This document shows, piece after piece, positions 27,328-37,027 of a stretch of DNA of 64,000 nt. The translations under genes were made by a program, and so were the position numbers. Source of the stretch: a virus. How positions within the stretch are numbered: position 1 is the first letter of the stretch; each line of letters starts with the position of its first letter. Location of the stretch: positions 32,001 to 96,000 of IMG/VR virus record IMGVR_UViG_3300032284_002843. The stretch is one strand, 5' to 3'. The notes under the pieces were generated by a model. It saw only the letters and a program-made list of their open reading frames with translations. It was not told where the DNA came from and made no database searches.

Positions 27328-28061
27328 AAGACAATTTTAAAGACTTGACTACATATGTAGCAAGTACTGGGTTTTTTGATAAAATAAAGATTACTTCCAG
27401 CAGCAAAGAGACTCTAATAGAGTCTATGGACAAAGGCAAGGAAGTTATCCTCAAGGGGCAATTTAACAAGCCAATAGATGACTTAGAAGGAGAATTTGGT
27501 CTAAGCAACCTATCTTTGTTGCAGACCATAACAAACGACCCAGAATTTCAAGCTAAAGAAAGCACAATGACTGTTGTCTATGAAAACAAAGCCGAAGGTA
27601 AGGTTCCAACTGAACTGGCTTATGAAAATAAGAGCCACAGCCATATTAACTATAGATTTATGGCCAAACAACTGGTACCTGATCAGCCAAAGTTTAATGA
27701 ACCCAAGTGGGATGTAGTAATTGCTCCGAGTAAGAGCAATGTTCAGCAGTTTACCTGGGCAGCAAATGGTCTAGCTGCATATGAACAGTATTTTATTCCT
27801 CGCATAGTAGATGGCACTCTTAAGTTCTTTATTGGTGAAGACAGCGCTAGCACTCAACGCGGCGGTGTAGTATTTTCTACAGATAGAACAGAGAAATTTG
27901 ACGGTGATCATAAGTGGAAAATTCAATTGGTGCAATCTGTGCTAAAGATTGGAGATAGCTGTGATTGCGAAATGAGTTTTAGTTCAAAAGGTGCTATTCA
28001 AATAAAACTTGATACAGGAATAGCCACTTACAAATATATATTTCCTGCAAAATTGCGCTAA
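27318..28061 (+). CDS. Sliding clamp (gp45-like)
   Basis: 247 aa, downstream of the polymerase; EFGLSNL and INYRFM motifs, Y.YIFPA C-terminus. Confidence 0.75.
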   Translation: MAIKDNFKDLTTYVASTGFFDKIKITSSSKETLIESMDKGKEVILKGQFNKPIDDLEGEFGLSNLSLLQTITNDPEFQAKESTMTVVYENKAEGKVPTELAYENKSHSHINYRFMAKQLVPDQPKFNEPKWDVVIAPSKSNVQQFTWAANGLAAYEQYFIPRIVDGTLKFFIGEDSASTQRGGVVFSTDRTEKFDGDHKWKIQLVQSVLKIGDSCDCEMSFSSKGAIQIKLDTGIATYKYIFPAKLR

Positions 28062-28067
28062 TAGAAG

Positions 28068-28098
28068 AAACCCAGCTAAACAGCTGGGTTTATCTTTT
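28068..28098 (+). terminator. Rho-independent terminator
   Basis: AAACCCAGCT-aaac-AGCTGGGTTT-ATCTTTT. Confidence 0.75.
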
Positions 28099-28124
28099 CC
28101 CAATCGGATTTAAATAATCGTGAG

Positions 28125-28322
28125 ATGAGAAAAGATAGAAAAATAAAATTTTACCTTGGGGTAATTAAATCAACACTTATAAATGTAGCAAGTAAAAAGA
28201 CCTTTTGGATCTTTTTAATTACTATTCTAACCAGCTGTGGCTTAAATTTAGATGACGATTCATCTAATATCTTACAAGATATTGGACAAATCATTTTCAA
28301 AATACTGTCCAAAATAATGTGA
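28125..28322 (+). CDS. Small membrane protein, late
   Basis: SKKTFW followed by a hydrophobic helix; TAAATA at 28111. Confidence 0.5.
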   Translation: MRKDRKIKFYLGVIKSTLINVASKKTFWIFLITILTSCGLNLDDDSSNILQDIGQIIFKILSKIM

Positions 28323-28410
28323 CATTTTTGTCATATGTTTAAAAAAATCACAAAATAAATTGTAGCTTCTTGTATATGCTGTTATCATCTTTACAGTGAA
28401 GGAGATAACA

Positions 28411-28839
28411 ATGCAAGGCGTAAACGACACTAAAATGATATGGGTAACCTTTCAAAAAGAAGGTATACACAAATATCCCGCTGCTAGCAGTGATCCAATG
28501 TTGGCAACAAATGATGAATATGATGTTAGCTTTTTAGGCTATCCACATAGACACATTTTTCATTTTAAAGTCTGGATTGAAGTTACGCACGACGACAGAG
28601 ATATCGAGTTTATTCAATTTAAACGTTGGTTAGAAAAGCTATATGCTGAAAAAACCCTAGCACTGGACTATAAAAGCTGCGAAATGATTGCCAATGACTT
28701 GTATGATCAGATCTCCAATAGATATCCAAATAGAGATGTATGGATCGACGTTAGTGAAGATGGTGAGAATGGTGCATTCCTTACTTGGACAAAAGATACC
28801 ACTGTTGATTTAAGCAAATTTGGAATATCAACACAGTAA
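28411..28839 (+). CDS. dpdL: T-fold QueD paralog, DpdL-like (putative CDG decarboxylase)
   Basis: LGYPHRHIF (LxxxHRHxF), HDDRDIEF, SCEMIA, VSEDGENG; lies in the deazaguanine cluster in addition to a canonical QueD. Confidence 0.7.
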   Translation: MQGVNDTKMIWVTFQKEGIHKYPAASSDPMLATNDEYDVSFLGYPHRHIFHFKVWIEVTHDDRDIEFIQFKRWLEKLYAEKTLALDYKSCEMIANDLYDQISNRYPNRDVWIDVSEDGENGAFLTWTKDTTVDLSKFGISTQ

Positions 28840-28845
28840 AGTCAT

Positions 28846-29088
28846 ATGTCCTATCAAGCTAAATGCACAATCTACAAACCTATTCCGATTTTTAAAACGG
28901 AATATAGCAGAGGTCCACTTTGGACAGAACTATTAAGATTCAACCTAGATTTTAATGACACATTTAAAGAATGGATGACAAACAACCTTAAAGGTTCATG
29001 TACAATAGTAGACTATACAGATCAAATGGCTATTCTAGAGTTTGAGCTACAGGAAGATTTTGCTTTATTCAACTTAACATGGCGGTAA
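28846..29088 (+). CDS. Hypothetical small protein
   Basis: Ends FELQEDFALFNLTWR. Confidence 0.65.
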   Translation: MSYQAKCTIYKPIPIFKTEYSRGPLWTELLRFNLDFNDTFKEWMTNNLKGSCTIVDYTDQMAILEFELQEDFALFNLTWR

Positions 29089-29090
29089 AA

Positions 29091-30269
29091 ATGAGAAAAT
29101 TAATTTATATGGGTTTGGAGTCATATGAATCAAGATATACACTTCAATTAACAGATTGGACTAAACGTGTACTTGATCGAAGAGGAGTTGATTATGTTAT
29201 TGTTCCAGGCGAGAATCTGGACAATTCTGGTGCAATCATAACAGGACAGGTTCTGGATGCACATGGTAGAAGTTATTTCTCTATGAGCCAGATGATGAAC
29301 TTGGTTAAAATGATGCGTCGCGGAGAAGTCACCGGCGAAGATGTTATATTATTTGAAGACATGTTTAGTCCTGGTATTGAGAGCCTTCCATATATTATCA
29401 ATCAGATTCCAACCCATTTACGTCCTAAAATTTATGTAAGATGTTTGGCACAGACGGTCGACCCTGACGACTTTGTTCATGTATGGAATATGGATAAATG
29501 GATGAGTCTTTATGAAAAAATGTGCAATGAATTTGTCACTGGCATATTGGCTACCAATGAAGAAATGGTAGCACATATGAAAATTGCTGGTTGGCAGGCT
29601 CCAATCTATAATATCAGCGGATTAAGTTTTGGCAAAAAAGAAGTACAAGAACGCATCGGCGGAGTAAAAAATATCAAGCCATTTGCTAACAGAACTATGC
29701 GTGTGGCATTTGCGGCTAGATTTGACCAAGAAAAACAACCTGAGTTTTTTATGGATTTAATCAGTAGAGTAAAATCTAAGAGATCTGATGTTATTTTTAG
29801 TGTATTCAGTGGTGGACCATTAAGAAGTAATGCACCCGAATCTCTATCTAGAGCACGAGCAATGGCAACAGATGGCAAACTTGAAATAAATGAAAACTTG
29901 TCTAAAAATCAGTATTATAATTTACTAAACGATACCAGAGTATTGTTTAATTGTGCATTGCAGGATTGGGTTAGTAATACCGTATCAGAAGCTGACAGTC
30001 TTGGTGCAAATGTATTATATCCTGCATATAGATCATTTCCTGAGACTTTTGCCAATGATGCTGATAGGCTTTATATTCCTTGGAGCTTAGATGATGCAGA
30101 ATCAAAGCTAAATGAATTGTTGAATAAACCACATGCTAAACAAGGTCAAATTAGCGATTGGAATGACAAGACAATTGATAGAATTATTGACATTGTAAGC
30201 GGAAATGGCCAACAATGGCTTAGAAACACCGTAGACTATAGACAACACACTAGAGTGAGCAAATATTAA
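29091..30269 (+). CDS. GT-B fold glycosyltransferase
   Basis: FAARFDQEKQP.FF, YY..L...RVLFNCALQDW...TVSEA..LG...LYP...SFPE; its stop overlaps the dpdA start (TAATG). Confidence 0.8.
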   Translation: MRKLIYMGLESYESRYTLQLTDWTKRVLDRRGVDYVIVPGENLDNSGAIITGQVLDAHGRSYFSMSQMMNLVKMMRRGEVTGEDVILFEDMFSPGIESLPYIINQIPTHLRPKIYVRCLAQTVDPDDFVHVWNMDKWMSLYEKMCNEFVTGILATNEEMVAHMKIAGWQAPIYNISGLSFGKKEVQERIGGVKNIKPFANRTMRVAFAARFDQEKQPEFFMDLISRVKSKRSDVIFSVFSGGPLRSNAPESLSRARAMATDGKLEINENLSKNQYYNLLNDTRVLFNCALQDWVSNTVSEADSLGANVLYPAYRSFPETFANDADRLYIPWSLDDAESKLNELLNKPHAKQGQISDWNDKTIDRIIDIVSGNGQQWLRNTVDYRQHTRVSKY

Positions 30270-31855
30270 TGAGTAAAGCAAAAAAAGAGTTTAATTTTCA
30301 AGACCTTACAGAGAGCAACAAAGATTATGCAGTGTTCTTACCTAGCATAAGCAGTATCTATGTAAGATTTGTCAGCGGAAACTTTCTTGGTAAAAGAGAA
30401 AAGTTTCCAACGGGCCTGTCTAGAAACTGGGACGATCTTGATTTCTTACAGCAAAAAACTGACCTATTTAACTACAAATGGGCATTGTATAGTGCTGGCC
30501 ATGCAGAACATGATCTGGAAAAAACAGATGTTGTAGAATCTATGGTTCAGAAAAGAGATAGGTCTAAGACATTAATCGTAGGCGACAGCGGAGGATTCCA
30601 AATTGCTACAGGTGTTTTAAAATGGCCTTGGATCGCTAAGAAAAATCAAACCAATGATGAATGGAAAGGCGACCAGGACAAAATAAGAATGAATATTCTA
30701 CGCTGGCTAGAACACACAGCCGATTGGAGTATGATATTTGATTTTCCACCCGGTGGCATAGATAGATTTGGCTATGATGAAAAAACCGGAGAAGCATTAC
30801 ACCCAGGATTAAAGTCCTATGAAGATTGTCTAAAAGGCAGTATTGAGAATGCAGAATTCTTTATGAAACATAGAAAGCCCGGGGCAACTAAATTCCTAAA
30901 CGTGTTACAGGGTAGAAACCAGCAGGAAGGTGACGAATGGTGGGACATTTGTAAAGACTGGCCATTTGAAAGCTGGGCCTTTGCAAACATACAAGGACAC
31001 AGCTTAGCCCTAAATCTACGTCGTATTATCAAAATGCGCGACAGCAAATATCTTGAACCTGGCAGAGATTGGCTGCATTATCTTGGCAATGGCAAGATTT
31101 ATACAAGCTGTAATCTAACCAACATACAGAGATGTCTGAGAAAACATGTAAATCCAAATGTAACGCTGTCATATGATGCTGCAAGTCCATTTGTGATGAC
31201 AGCAAAAGGACAAATGTACGGCACATATGAAATCAGTCCAGAAAAGCTACGCTTCAAAGGTGGCTCTATTCCAGATGCTAAGGAATTAAAAGGCAGCACA
31301 GTATTACTCAAAGACTATGTTATTGAGCTTTTAGGTAAAAAGAATATTCAATCCAAAAATGAAAACGCCTTTAGCAGCATATTTGATTATGAAGAGTCAA
31401 AAAGACCATCTATAGTCGAATCATCGATTAGCAGGAAAATTACACTGGGAGATATCTGCGTAAAAGGCTACGAAGATGTTAATGGTAAAGAGATAGAAGC
31501 AACCATCGAAGCAATTCAGCAAGAAATGGGTATAATACAATGGGATAACTTCGAAACTAAACATAAAAAATATCCAAGCTCGCTAGATGGTCTTAGCTAT
31601 TTGCTATTGATGAACCACAACGTTGAATTGCATATTAAAGCATGTCAAGAAGCTTGCTATTGGATGGACCAACCAATTAATATATCAACGCAACACCTAC
31701 CAAGTGAGATACTTGAATTTAAAGACCTATGTTCTGATATCTTTACTAGCGAAAAACCAATGGATCTAATTGATAAAAATTGGCGTCTGTTAACAAATGC
31801 TAATGGGATGGATGCTTACAATGATTTATCTATTGATATCTTTAAAAAGGATTAA
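30269..31855 (+). CDS. dpdA: DNA-guanine transglycosylase DpdA (TGT superfamily, probably DpdA2-type)
   Basis: GDSGGFQ, MIFDFP, NVLQG, HYLG, SYDAASP, HN motifs in TGT order; neighbours folE/queD/queE. Confidence 0.85.
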   Translation: MSKAKKEFNFQDLTESNKDYAVFLPSISSIYVRFVSGNFLGKREKFPTGLSRNWDDLDFLQQKTDLFNYKWALYSAGHAEHDLEKTDVVESMVQKRDRSKTLIVGDSGGFQIATGVLKWPWIAKKNQTNDEWKGDQDKIRMNILRWLEHTADWSMIFDFPPGGIDRFGYDEKTGEALHPGLKSYEDCLKGSIENAEFFMKHRKPGATKFLNVLQGRNQQEGDEWWDICKDWPFESWAFANIQGHSLALNLRRIIKMRDSKYLEPGRDWLHYLGNGKIYTSCNLTNIQRCLRKHVNPNVTLSYDAASPFVMTAKGQMYGTYEISPEKLRFKGGSIPDAKELKGSTVLLKDYVIELLGKKNIQSKNENAFSSIFDYEESKRPSIVESSISRKITLGDICVKGYEDVNGKEIEATIEAIQQEMGIIQWDNFETKHKKYPSSLDGLSYLLLMNHNVELHIKACQEACYWMDQPINISTQHLPSEILEFKDLCSDIFTSEKPMDLIDKNWRLLTNANGMDAYNDLSIDIFKKD

Positions 31856-31858
31856 AAG

Positions 31859-32386
31859 ATGGAAAGAGATTATAGCAGTGGAACCAAATCTGATGTCACG
31901 TTCTTTGTTGGAACTGAAATAGAGCACACCCCCGCATACGGATTAAAAACTTTGTTTGTGGTCGGTACTCCGCCTGTAGATCAAATTTTAGATCATTACT
32001 ACTCAGCTAAATGTGAACACGTTTATCTAGGAGCAAATCAAAGTTTTGAGTTTCCATTCATAGATAATAGAATAGAAACTATGGAAAAATGGAATACAGT
32101 AACTAAAGCCTTATTAGAAAAAAATATTCTAGTAACTTTAGATTTTGATCTGGATTACCTTGAGTATGTCCAATCAACTAACTTTTGTGAATATGATAAC
32201 TTTATTCCACAAATTTCTATAAAAATACCAAACATTAAAAAGCTAAATCACAATGCAACTCTTAAAATTGACGATATAGATTTCAAAGCTACGAACCCGG
32301 GTGTTTGGTGTCATAGATTAGAAAATCTGCAATCAACTGATACATTTACAACCTGGGACAAATATGGAAAGGATGAAACATTATGA
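31859..32386 (+). CDS. Hypothetical protein directly after dpdA
   Basis: FFVGTEIEHTPAYG.KTLFVVG, HVYLGANQSF, KIDD.DF...NPGVW; starts 3 nt after the dpdA stop. Confidence 0.8.
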   Translation: MERDYSSGTKSDVTFFVGTEIEHTPAYGLKTLFVVGTPPVDQILDHYYSAKCEHVYLGANQSFEFPFIDNRIETMEKWNTVTKALLEKNILVTLDFDLDYLEYVQSTNFCEYDNFIPQISIKIPNIKKLNHNATLKIDDIDFKATNPGVWCHRLENLQSTDTFTTWDKYGKDETL

Positions 32387-32697
32387 AAGATAGTACACTA
32401 TTAGCTCAAAGAGAAAAGATTTTTGACCAATATAGAGCAGCTAGCAAGAAATGCGAGGTTATTTCGAAAGATATACAAGATATGAGAGTGACTGTTAGCA
32501 GATTGCAGGAAGAATACAACAGGAGAAGTAAAGAAAAAGACTATTTAGATGCACTTATAAAAATTATGATCTATCATGATTGTGACCCCGTTGAAGCCAA
32601 GCTAAAATATGACGAGGAAATTGTTGCAAAAATGGAAGGCAATTCAGAGGCCGATGCTAAATCTGCATCGCCTGGCATGGCAATAAGGAGTTGGTAA
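32383..32697 (+). CDS. Coiled-coil hypothetical protein (paralog 1)
   Basis: F..YR...coiled coil...MI....DPVEAKL. Confidence 0.7.
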   Translation: MKDSTLLAQREKIFDQYRAASKKCEVISKDIQDMRVTVSRLQEEYNRRSKEKDYLDALIKIMIYHDCDPVEAKLKYDEEIVAKMEGNSEADAKSASPGMAIRSW

Positions 32698-33194
32698 TGT
32701 TTAAAAAAGAAATTACAAAATCTAAATCAAGTTCAGAACAATACTTTGAGGAATATCGTAATAATGTAAAGCGCAGAAAGGCTTTACAGAAAGAAATATC
32801 AGCATCTCGTAAAAAAACAGAATCGTTACATGAAGAAGCTAATCAACTTAGTAAAGAGATCTCTGCTATGCAACGCATTATTACACAAATGATAGATAAC
32901 GGTTGGGATCCAGTTGAAACCAAGCTACGAGTAAATAGCGAAGATTGGGTATCAAGTTTCTGGGGCGAAGACTTTGTAAGTGGCGGTGGAACCGGAACCG
33001 GTACATTAGTAACTAGCCTTCCAGGGGGAGGCACTATAACAATGGCCGGAGTCACTCCTGTTTGTACAAACACTAATTATAACGTAACAGGCGGAGGCAC
33101 AGGAGGTGCTGCAGGTGCTGCAGGTGGTACAACCGTTTTAAACAGTGGTACAACAACTGTACGTACTAGCGGCAAAATAAAAGCATGGAAATAA
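32691..33194 (+). CDS. Coiled-coil hypothetical protein with Gly/Thr tail (paralog 2)
   Basis: F..YR...MI....DPVETKL. Confidence 0.7.
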   Translation: MVMFKKEITKSKSSSEQYFEEYRNNVKRRKALQKEISASRKKTESLHEEANQLSKEISAMQRIITQMIDNGWDPVETKLRVNSEDWVSSFWGEDFVSGGGTGTGTLVTSLPGGGTITMAGVTPVCTNTNYNVTGGGTGGAAGAAGGTTVLNSGTTTVRTSGKIKAWK

Positions 33195-33244
33195 ATTGCC
33201 ATCTATCAATAGTATTTCTATAATATAGCAAAGGATGAAAACAA

Positions 33245-33916
33245 ATGGCAAACATAAGTGACAAAATACGTAGTAAACTAATAAAAACAGAAACGAAATA
33301 CTTTTGTAATGACAATATCAGTGATCATGTATCTGAAGCTGATTTAGAAAAACTGGTCAATGAAGTTTCAGATAAAATGGAAGGCGTTTTACAAAGTCTT
33401 GTTATTGATACAGAAAATGATCATAATACAAAAGATACTGCACATCGAGTAGCAAAAATGCTAGTGTTGGAAACATTTAGTGGCAGATATTTGCCAAAGC
33501 CAAAGATTACTGCTTTTCCAAATGTTACCGAATATGACCAAGTATATGTAACAGGTCCAATTACTATACGTTCAACCTGTGCACATCATTTTCAGGCAAT
33601 TAAAGGCAAGTGTTATGTTGGTGTATTCCCTGGTCGTAATGTTATTGGACTTAGCAAGTTCAATAGATTGGTAGATTGGATTGCATCTCGTCCTCAAATA
33701 CAAGAAGAAATGACTATCCAAATTGCTGACATAATAGAAGAAGAAACACAAGCAGAAGGTATTGCAGTACTTGTACAAGCAGAACATGGATGCATGACCA
33801 TGCGAGGAGTTAAAGAACACGAAAGCGATATGACAACTAGTGTCATGCGCGGAGTTTTTAGAGATTATCCACATCTTAAGGAAGAGTTTTTTAATATAGT
33901 TGCTAGGATGAAGTAA
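33245..33916 (+). CDS. folE: GTP cyclohydrolase I
   Basis: STCAHH, GLSKFNR, RPQIQE, HGCMTMRGV. Confidence 0.96.
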   Translation: MANISDKIRSKLIKTETKYFCNDNISDHVSEADLEKLVNEVSDKMEGVLQSLVIDTENDHNTKDTAHRVAKMLVLETFSGRYLPKPKITAFPNVTEYDQVYVTGPITIRSTCAHHFQAIKGKCYVGVFPGRNVIGLSKFNRLVDWIASRPQIQEEMTIQIADIIEEETQAEGIAVLVQAEHGCMTMRGVKEHESDMTTSVMRGVFRDYPHLKEEFFNIVARMK

Positions 33917-33917
33917 C

Positions 33918-34235
33918 ATGATTAAAGTCAAAAGATTTAAAGAACTTCAACTATCAAACCCATTATACGAGGATACATACTATTGCAGCTATGATGCCAG
34001 GCAACCTCGTGTACTAGGACATAGAGTGTTCATTCCTAAAGAGAACACTACTGTAAATTTAAATCACGCATTTCATTCTGCTTATAAATTTGGTACTGCC
34101 CAAGTTGAAATGAACAGATGGGCTGGATTTAAATTATTAATAGAACACGGCGAAGCAGCAGGGGCTGAATATAATTGGCCACACATACATTTGCTGCCTA
34201 TACCAAATAAAGAAAAAGAGGAAACTAATGCCTAA
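33918..34235 (+). CDS. HIT-family hydrolase-like protein
   Basis: P...GH.VFIPK and GEAAG....WPHIHLLP (degenerate histidine triad). Confidence 0.7.
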   Translation: MIKVKRFKELQLSNPLYEDTYYCSYDARQPRVLGHRVFIPKENTTVNLNHAFHSAYKFGTAQVEMNRWAGFKLLIEHGEAAGAEYNWPHIHLLPIPNKEKEETNA

Positions 34236-34737
34236 CACACCAGTAACATACAAATATGTAAGCACGAAGGAATATCACAATGCATTTCCCTGTGCATATA
34301 GACAATGGAGAGCAGATAGTCATTGCAATACAATCCATGGCTATGCATTTTCAATGAAATTTTATTTTGGTACTGACCAATTAGACGTAAGAAATTGGGT
34401 AGCAGACTACGGCGGGCTAAAAGAACTTAAGAACTTTTTAGAAGATAAATTTGACCACACCCTGCTAGTTGCACAGGATGATCCCGAGCTAGAAACATTT
34501 AAGCTGCTAGAGCAGAAAAAGATGGCCAAGCTTACCATCCTTCCTAGACTAGGTTGCGAAAGCCTTGCTGACATCCTATACAAATATGTAAATGGTGTAT
34601 TCATTCCAGACATGTGGGGTCAGGGCGAAGCTGCAAGGCTATGGTGTTTCCGAGTAGAAGTACGCGAAACAGTTGCTAATATGGCTTTTAGAGAAGGTCA
34701 TAGAGAATGGAACGAAGATTTGTTTGAAGGATTATAA
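34228..34737 (+). CDS. queD: 6-carboxytetrahydropterin synthase
   Basis: CNTIHGY, DYGGLK, FDHT, E.LA, VRET. Confidence 0.9.
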   Translation: MPNTPVTYKYVSTKEYHNAFPCAYRQWRADSHCNTIHGYAFSMKFYFGTDQLDVRNWVADYGGLKELKNFLEDKFDHTLLVAQDDPELETFKLLEQKKMAKLTILPRLGCESLADILYKYVNGVFIPDMWGQGEAARLWCFRVEVRETVANMAFREGHREWNEDLFEGL

Positions 34738-34738
34738 T

Positions 34739-34900
34739 ATGGCCGAAATTAAAACATATATAGCAAAGGTTGCCGAAGAGAATGGTGAACTAATGTTGGT
34801 ATTTCCACCAGAAATGCTAGCCGAGCTTGGTTGGCAAGAAGGAGATAATATTGTTTGGGATGTGAGAGACGATGCTATCGTGGTTAAAAAGGAAGATTAA
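34739..34900 (+). CDS. AbrB/MazE-like small DNA-binding protein
   Basis: FPPEMLAELGWQEGD; start ATG 34739 with GAGG. Confidence 0.7.
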   Translation: MAEIKTYIAKVAEENGELMLVFPPEMLAELGWQEGDNIVWDVRDDAIVVKKED

Positions 34901-34901
34901 A

Positions 34902-35351
34902 ATGGCATGGCATGGTGTACCCTATCCAGGTCAAATTAATACTACTTCTCTTAATCTTAACAGCAGTGGAACTAATTTCAACTTTAATACCTTAACTACT
35001 CAAAATTTTACTATAACTAATGGACCACCTGCTGCAATTCAAATAAATGCACCAACTACAGGAGAACCTGTTTTAAAAATACATAACGATGGAAAAATTG
35101 AATATACAGGAAAGCCAAGTGTTGCTGCAGAAGCATTCTTAAAAGCATTTGGCAGCAATATTGATATCAACGCTGCCGGAAAATTAGCACTTGAAAAAAC
35201 CTATAGACGTGCTATAGAACGTTGTTTAACTCAAGCCAAATCTATGTCACATGACGATTTTATAGCAATGTTAGAAAATGAGTTGGACACCAGAAAAAGC
35301 AAAGCTGTGCTAATGAGATTGCAAGAACCAACAGAGTCAGATAATATATAG
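34902..35351 (+). CDS. Hypothetical protein
   Basis: Intact ORF in operon. Confidence 0.65.
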   Translation: MAWHGVPYPGQINTTSLNLNSSGTNFNFNTLTTQNFTITNGPPAAIQINAPTTGEPVLKIHNDGKIEYTGKPSVAAEAFLKAFGSNIDINAAGKLALEKTYRRAIERCLTQAKSMSHDDFIAMLENELDTRKSKAVLMRLQEPTESDNI

Positions 35352-35366
35352 GCACAGGAGACTTAG

Positions 35367-35843
35367 ATGATTGAAACTGTTGCATACATATTGGAATATT
35401 ATGGACGAAAACGCGAAATCTATGATAGAGAGACCAATCAACTATATCTAACTCGTTACTATCTTTTTTTAAAGGATAGAAAAAAGTTTCCATTTAACGT
35501 TTTCCTGCACAAGTTTCATCAGAGCGACGATCCTATACTACACGATCATCCATGGAACTATATTACTATAATAGTTAAAGGTGGTTATTGGGAATGGGTT
35601 CCTGAATATGATATAGATAATAACATAATAGGCGAAAGAAAAATTTGGCGCAGTCGAGGACATATACGTCGATGCAAAGCAGAGAGCTATCATAGAATAG
35701 AACTAGAACCAGATGTAGATTGTTGGACCATTTTTATACCAGGAATACAACGTAGACATTGGGGATTTTTACAGCATGATGGTAGTTGGTCTGGACAACA
35801 CTGGATTAAGAATGAAGAATATATGATTTCAAGGCAGACATAA
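35367..35843 (+). CDS. Cupin-domain protein
   Basis: LHKF..SD...HDHPW...GGY.E...HRIEL...WGF. Confidence 0.75.
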   Translation: MIETVAYILEYYGRKREIYDRETNQLYLTRYYLFLKDRKKFPFNVFLHKFHQSDDPILHDHPWNYITIIVKGGYWEWVPEYDIDNNIIGERKIWRSRGHIRRCKAESYHRIELEPDVDCWTIFIPGIQRRHWGFLQHDGSWSGQHWIKNEEYMISRQT

Positions 35844-35900
35844 TATTGTCAAATGCTTTAGTTAGAATTATAATTGTAATTGAAATCAAAAAGGATTAAA

Positions 35901-36767
35901 ATGTTTGGAAAGAATGAGATCGTTGGGAAGAAATATTTTGATAACGCTGGTGATAAGGTATTTGTCACCAGTGTGTTCATGACACTACAGGGAGAAGGAC
36001 CATATCGTGGTGAACCTGCTGTATTTGTTAGATTTGCTAAGTGCAATCTCAACTGTAGCTTCTGTGATACTTGGTTTGATAGCGGTGACTGGCTGACATT
36101 TGAAGAACTTGATGCAAAGATTTTTAACGCTATCAAATCAGCATATAATGATAAAGTTCCCACTTGGTTATTTGATCCAGGCAGAAATGAAATGCAGTAT
36201 GGTTGTGGCCTAGTTATTACCGGCGGTGAACCAATGCTCCAGAAGAACATTAATGAACTATTGTATCGTTATGAAAGCGTGTTTGCATGGACGCAGATTG
36301 AGAGCAATGGCACAAGTCATCAGCTATTGCCATACTCAACTACTTTAGTAATAAGTCCTAAGTGCAGCGAAAAGAATGGCAAGCCAGTCAAGTATCTAGA
36401 ACCAAATAAAGATGTTTTAGCTAGAGCAAACTGTCTTAAGTTCGTTATGAACGCTGATCCAGCAAGTCCATATAGCAGCATTCCTGAATGGGCACTAGCA
36501 TGGAGAAAACAAACAGGCAAACCAATATTTGTAAGCCCTATGAACATTTACAATAAAGAACCAGAACGTAATAAATCACAAAAACTTTCGGCGAATGATC
36601 GCAGCCTTGAGCAACGCAGTGTCGAAGATGAAGTCATATCGTTTTGGTCTGAGGGCTTACTAAATATGGAACAGAATAAAATCAACCACGAGTATGCAGC
36701 TCGCTATTGTTTAGAGCATGGTTGTATTTTGAATCTACAATTGCATTTGTATGCATCTCTAGCGTAA
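35901..36767 (+). CDS. queE: 7-carboxy-7-deazaguanine synthase (radical SAM)
   Basis: TLQGEG, CNLNCSFCDT, TGGEP, IESNG, SPK, LQLH. Confidence 0.93.
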   Translation: MFGKNEIVGKKYFDNAGDKVFVTSVFMTLQGEGPYRGEPAVFVRFAKCNLNCSFCDTWFDSGDWLTFEELDAKIFNAIKSAYNDKVPTWLFDPGRNEMQYGCGLVITGGEPMLQKNINELLYRYESVFAWTQIESNGTSHQLLPYSTTLVISPKCSEKNGKPVKYLEPNKDVLARANCLKFVMNADPASPYSSIPEWALAWRKQTGKPIFVSPMNIYNKEPERNKSQKLSANDRSLEQRSVEDEVISFWSEGLLNMEQNKINHEYAARYCLEHGCILNLQLHLYASLA

Positions 36768-36777
36768 GGAATATAAA

Positions 36778-37017
36778 ATGCCTAAAAAGAATACCATACA
36801 TATTGTTGATTGCGATGATTGGGCTGGTTTATATATTAACAATAAGCTAGTGTTCGAAGATCATTCTATACCTACTAAAACATTATCTAAGATTCTTAAT
36901 GAGAATAAACCAACCAAAGATATTGTTCATATAGCTGCTGATCCAGACTGGATGTATGAAGTTGGCACCTTACCTGATAATTTAAAAGATGCAGTGCATG
37001 ATTCGCACAATGAATAA
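36778..37017 (+). CDS. Hypothetical protein
   Basis: AAGGA RBS; DDWAGLYIN. Confidence 0.65.
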   Translation: MPKKNTIHIVDCDDWAGLYINNKLVFEDHSIPTKTLSKILNENKPTKDIVHIAADPDWMYEVGTLPDNLKDAVHDSHNE

Positions 37018-37027
37018 AGGATAAACA

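Noticed and set aside
30269-31855. Ordinary tRNA-guanine transglycosylase for queuosine
   Set aside because: Much longer and more divergent than bacterial Tgt, with no recognisable CxCxxC zinc site, and located beside replication genes; DpdA fits better.
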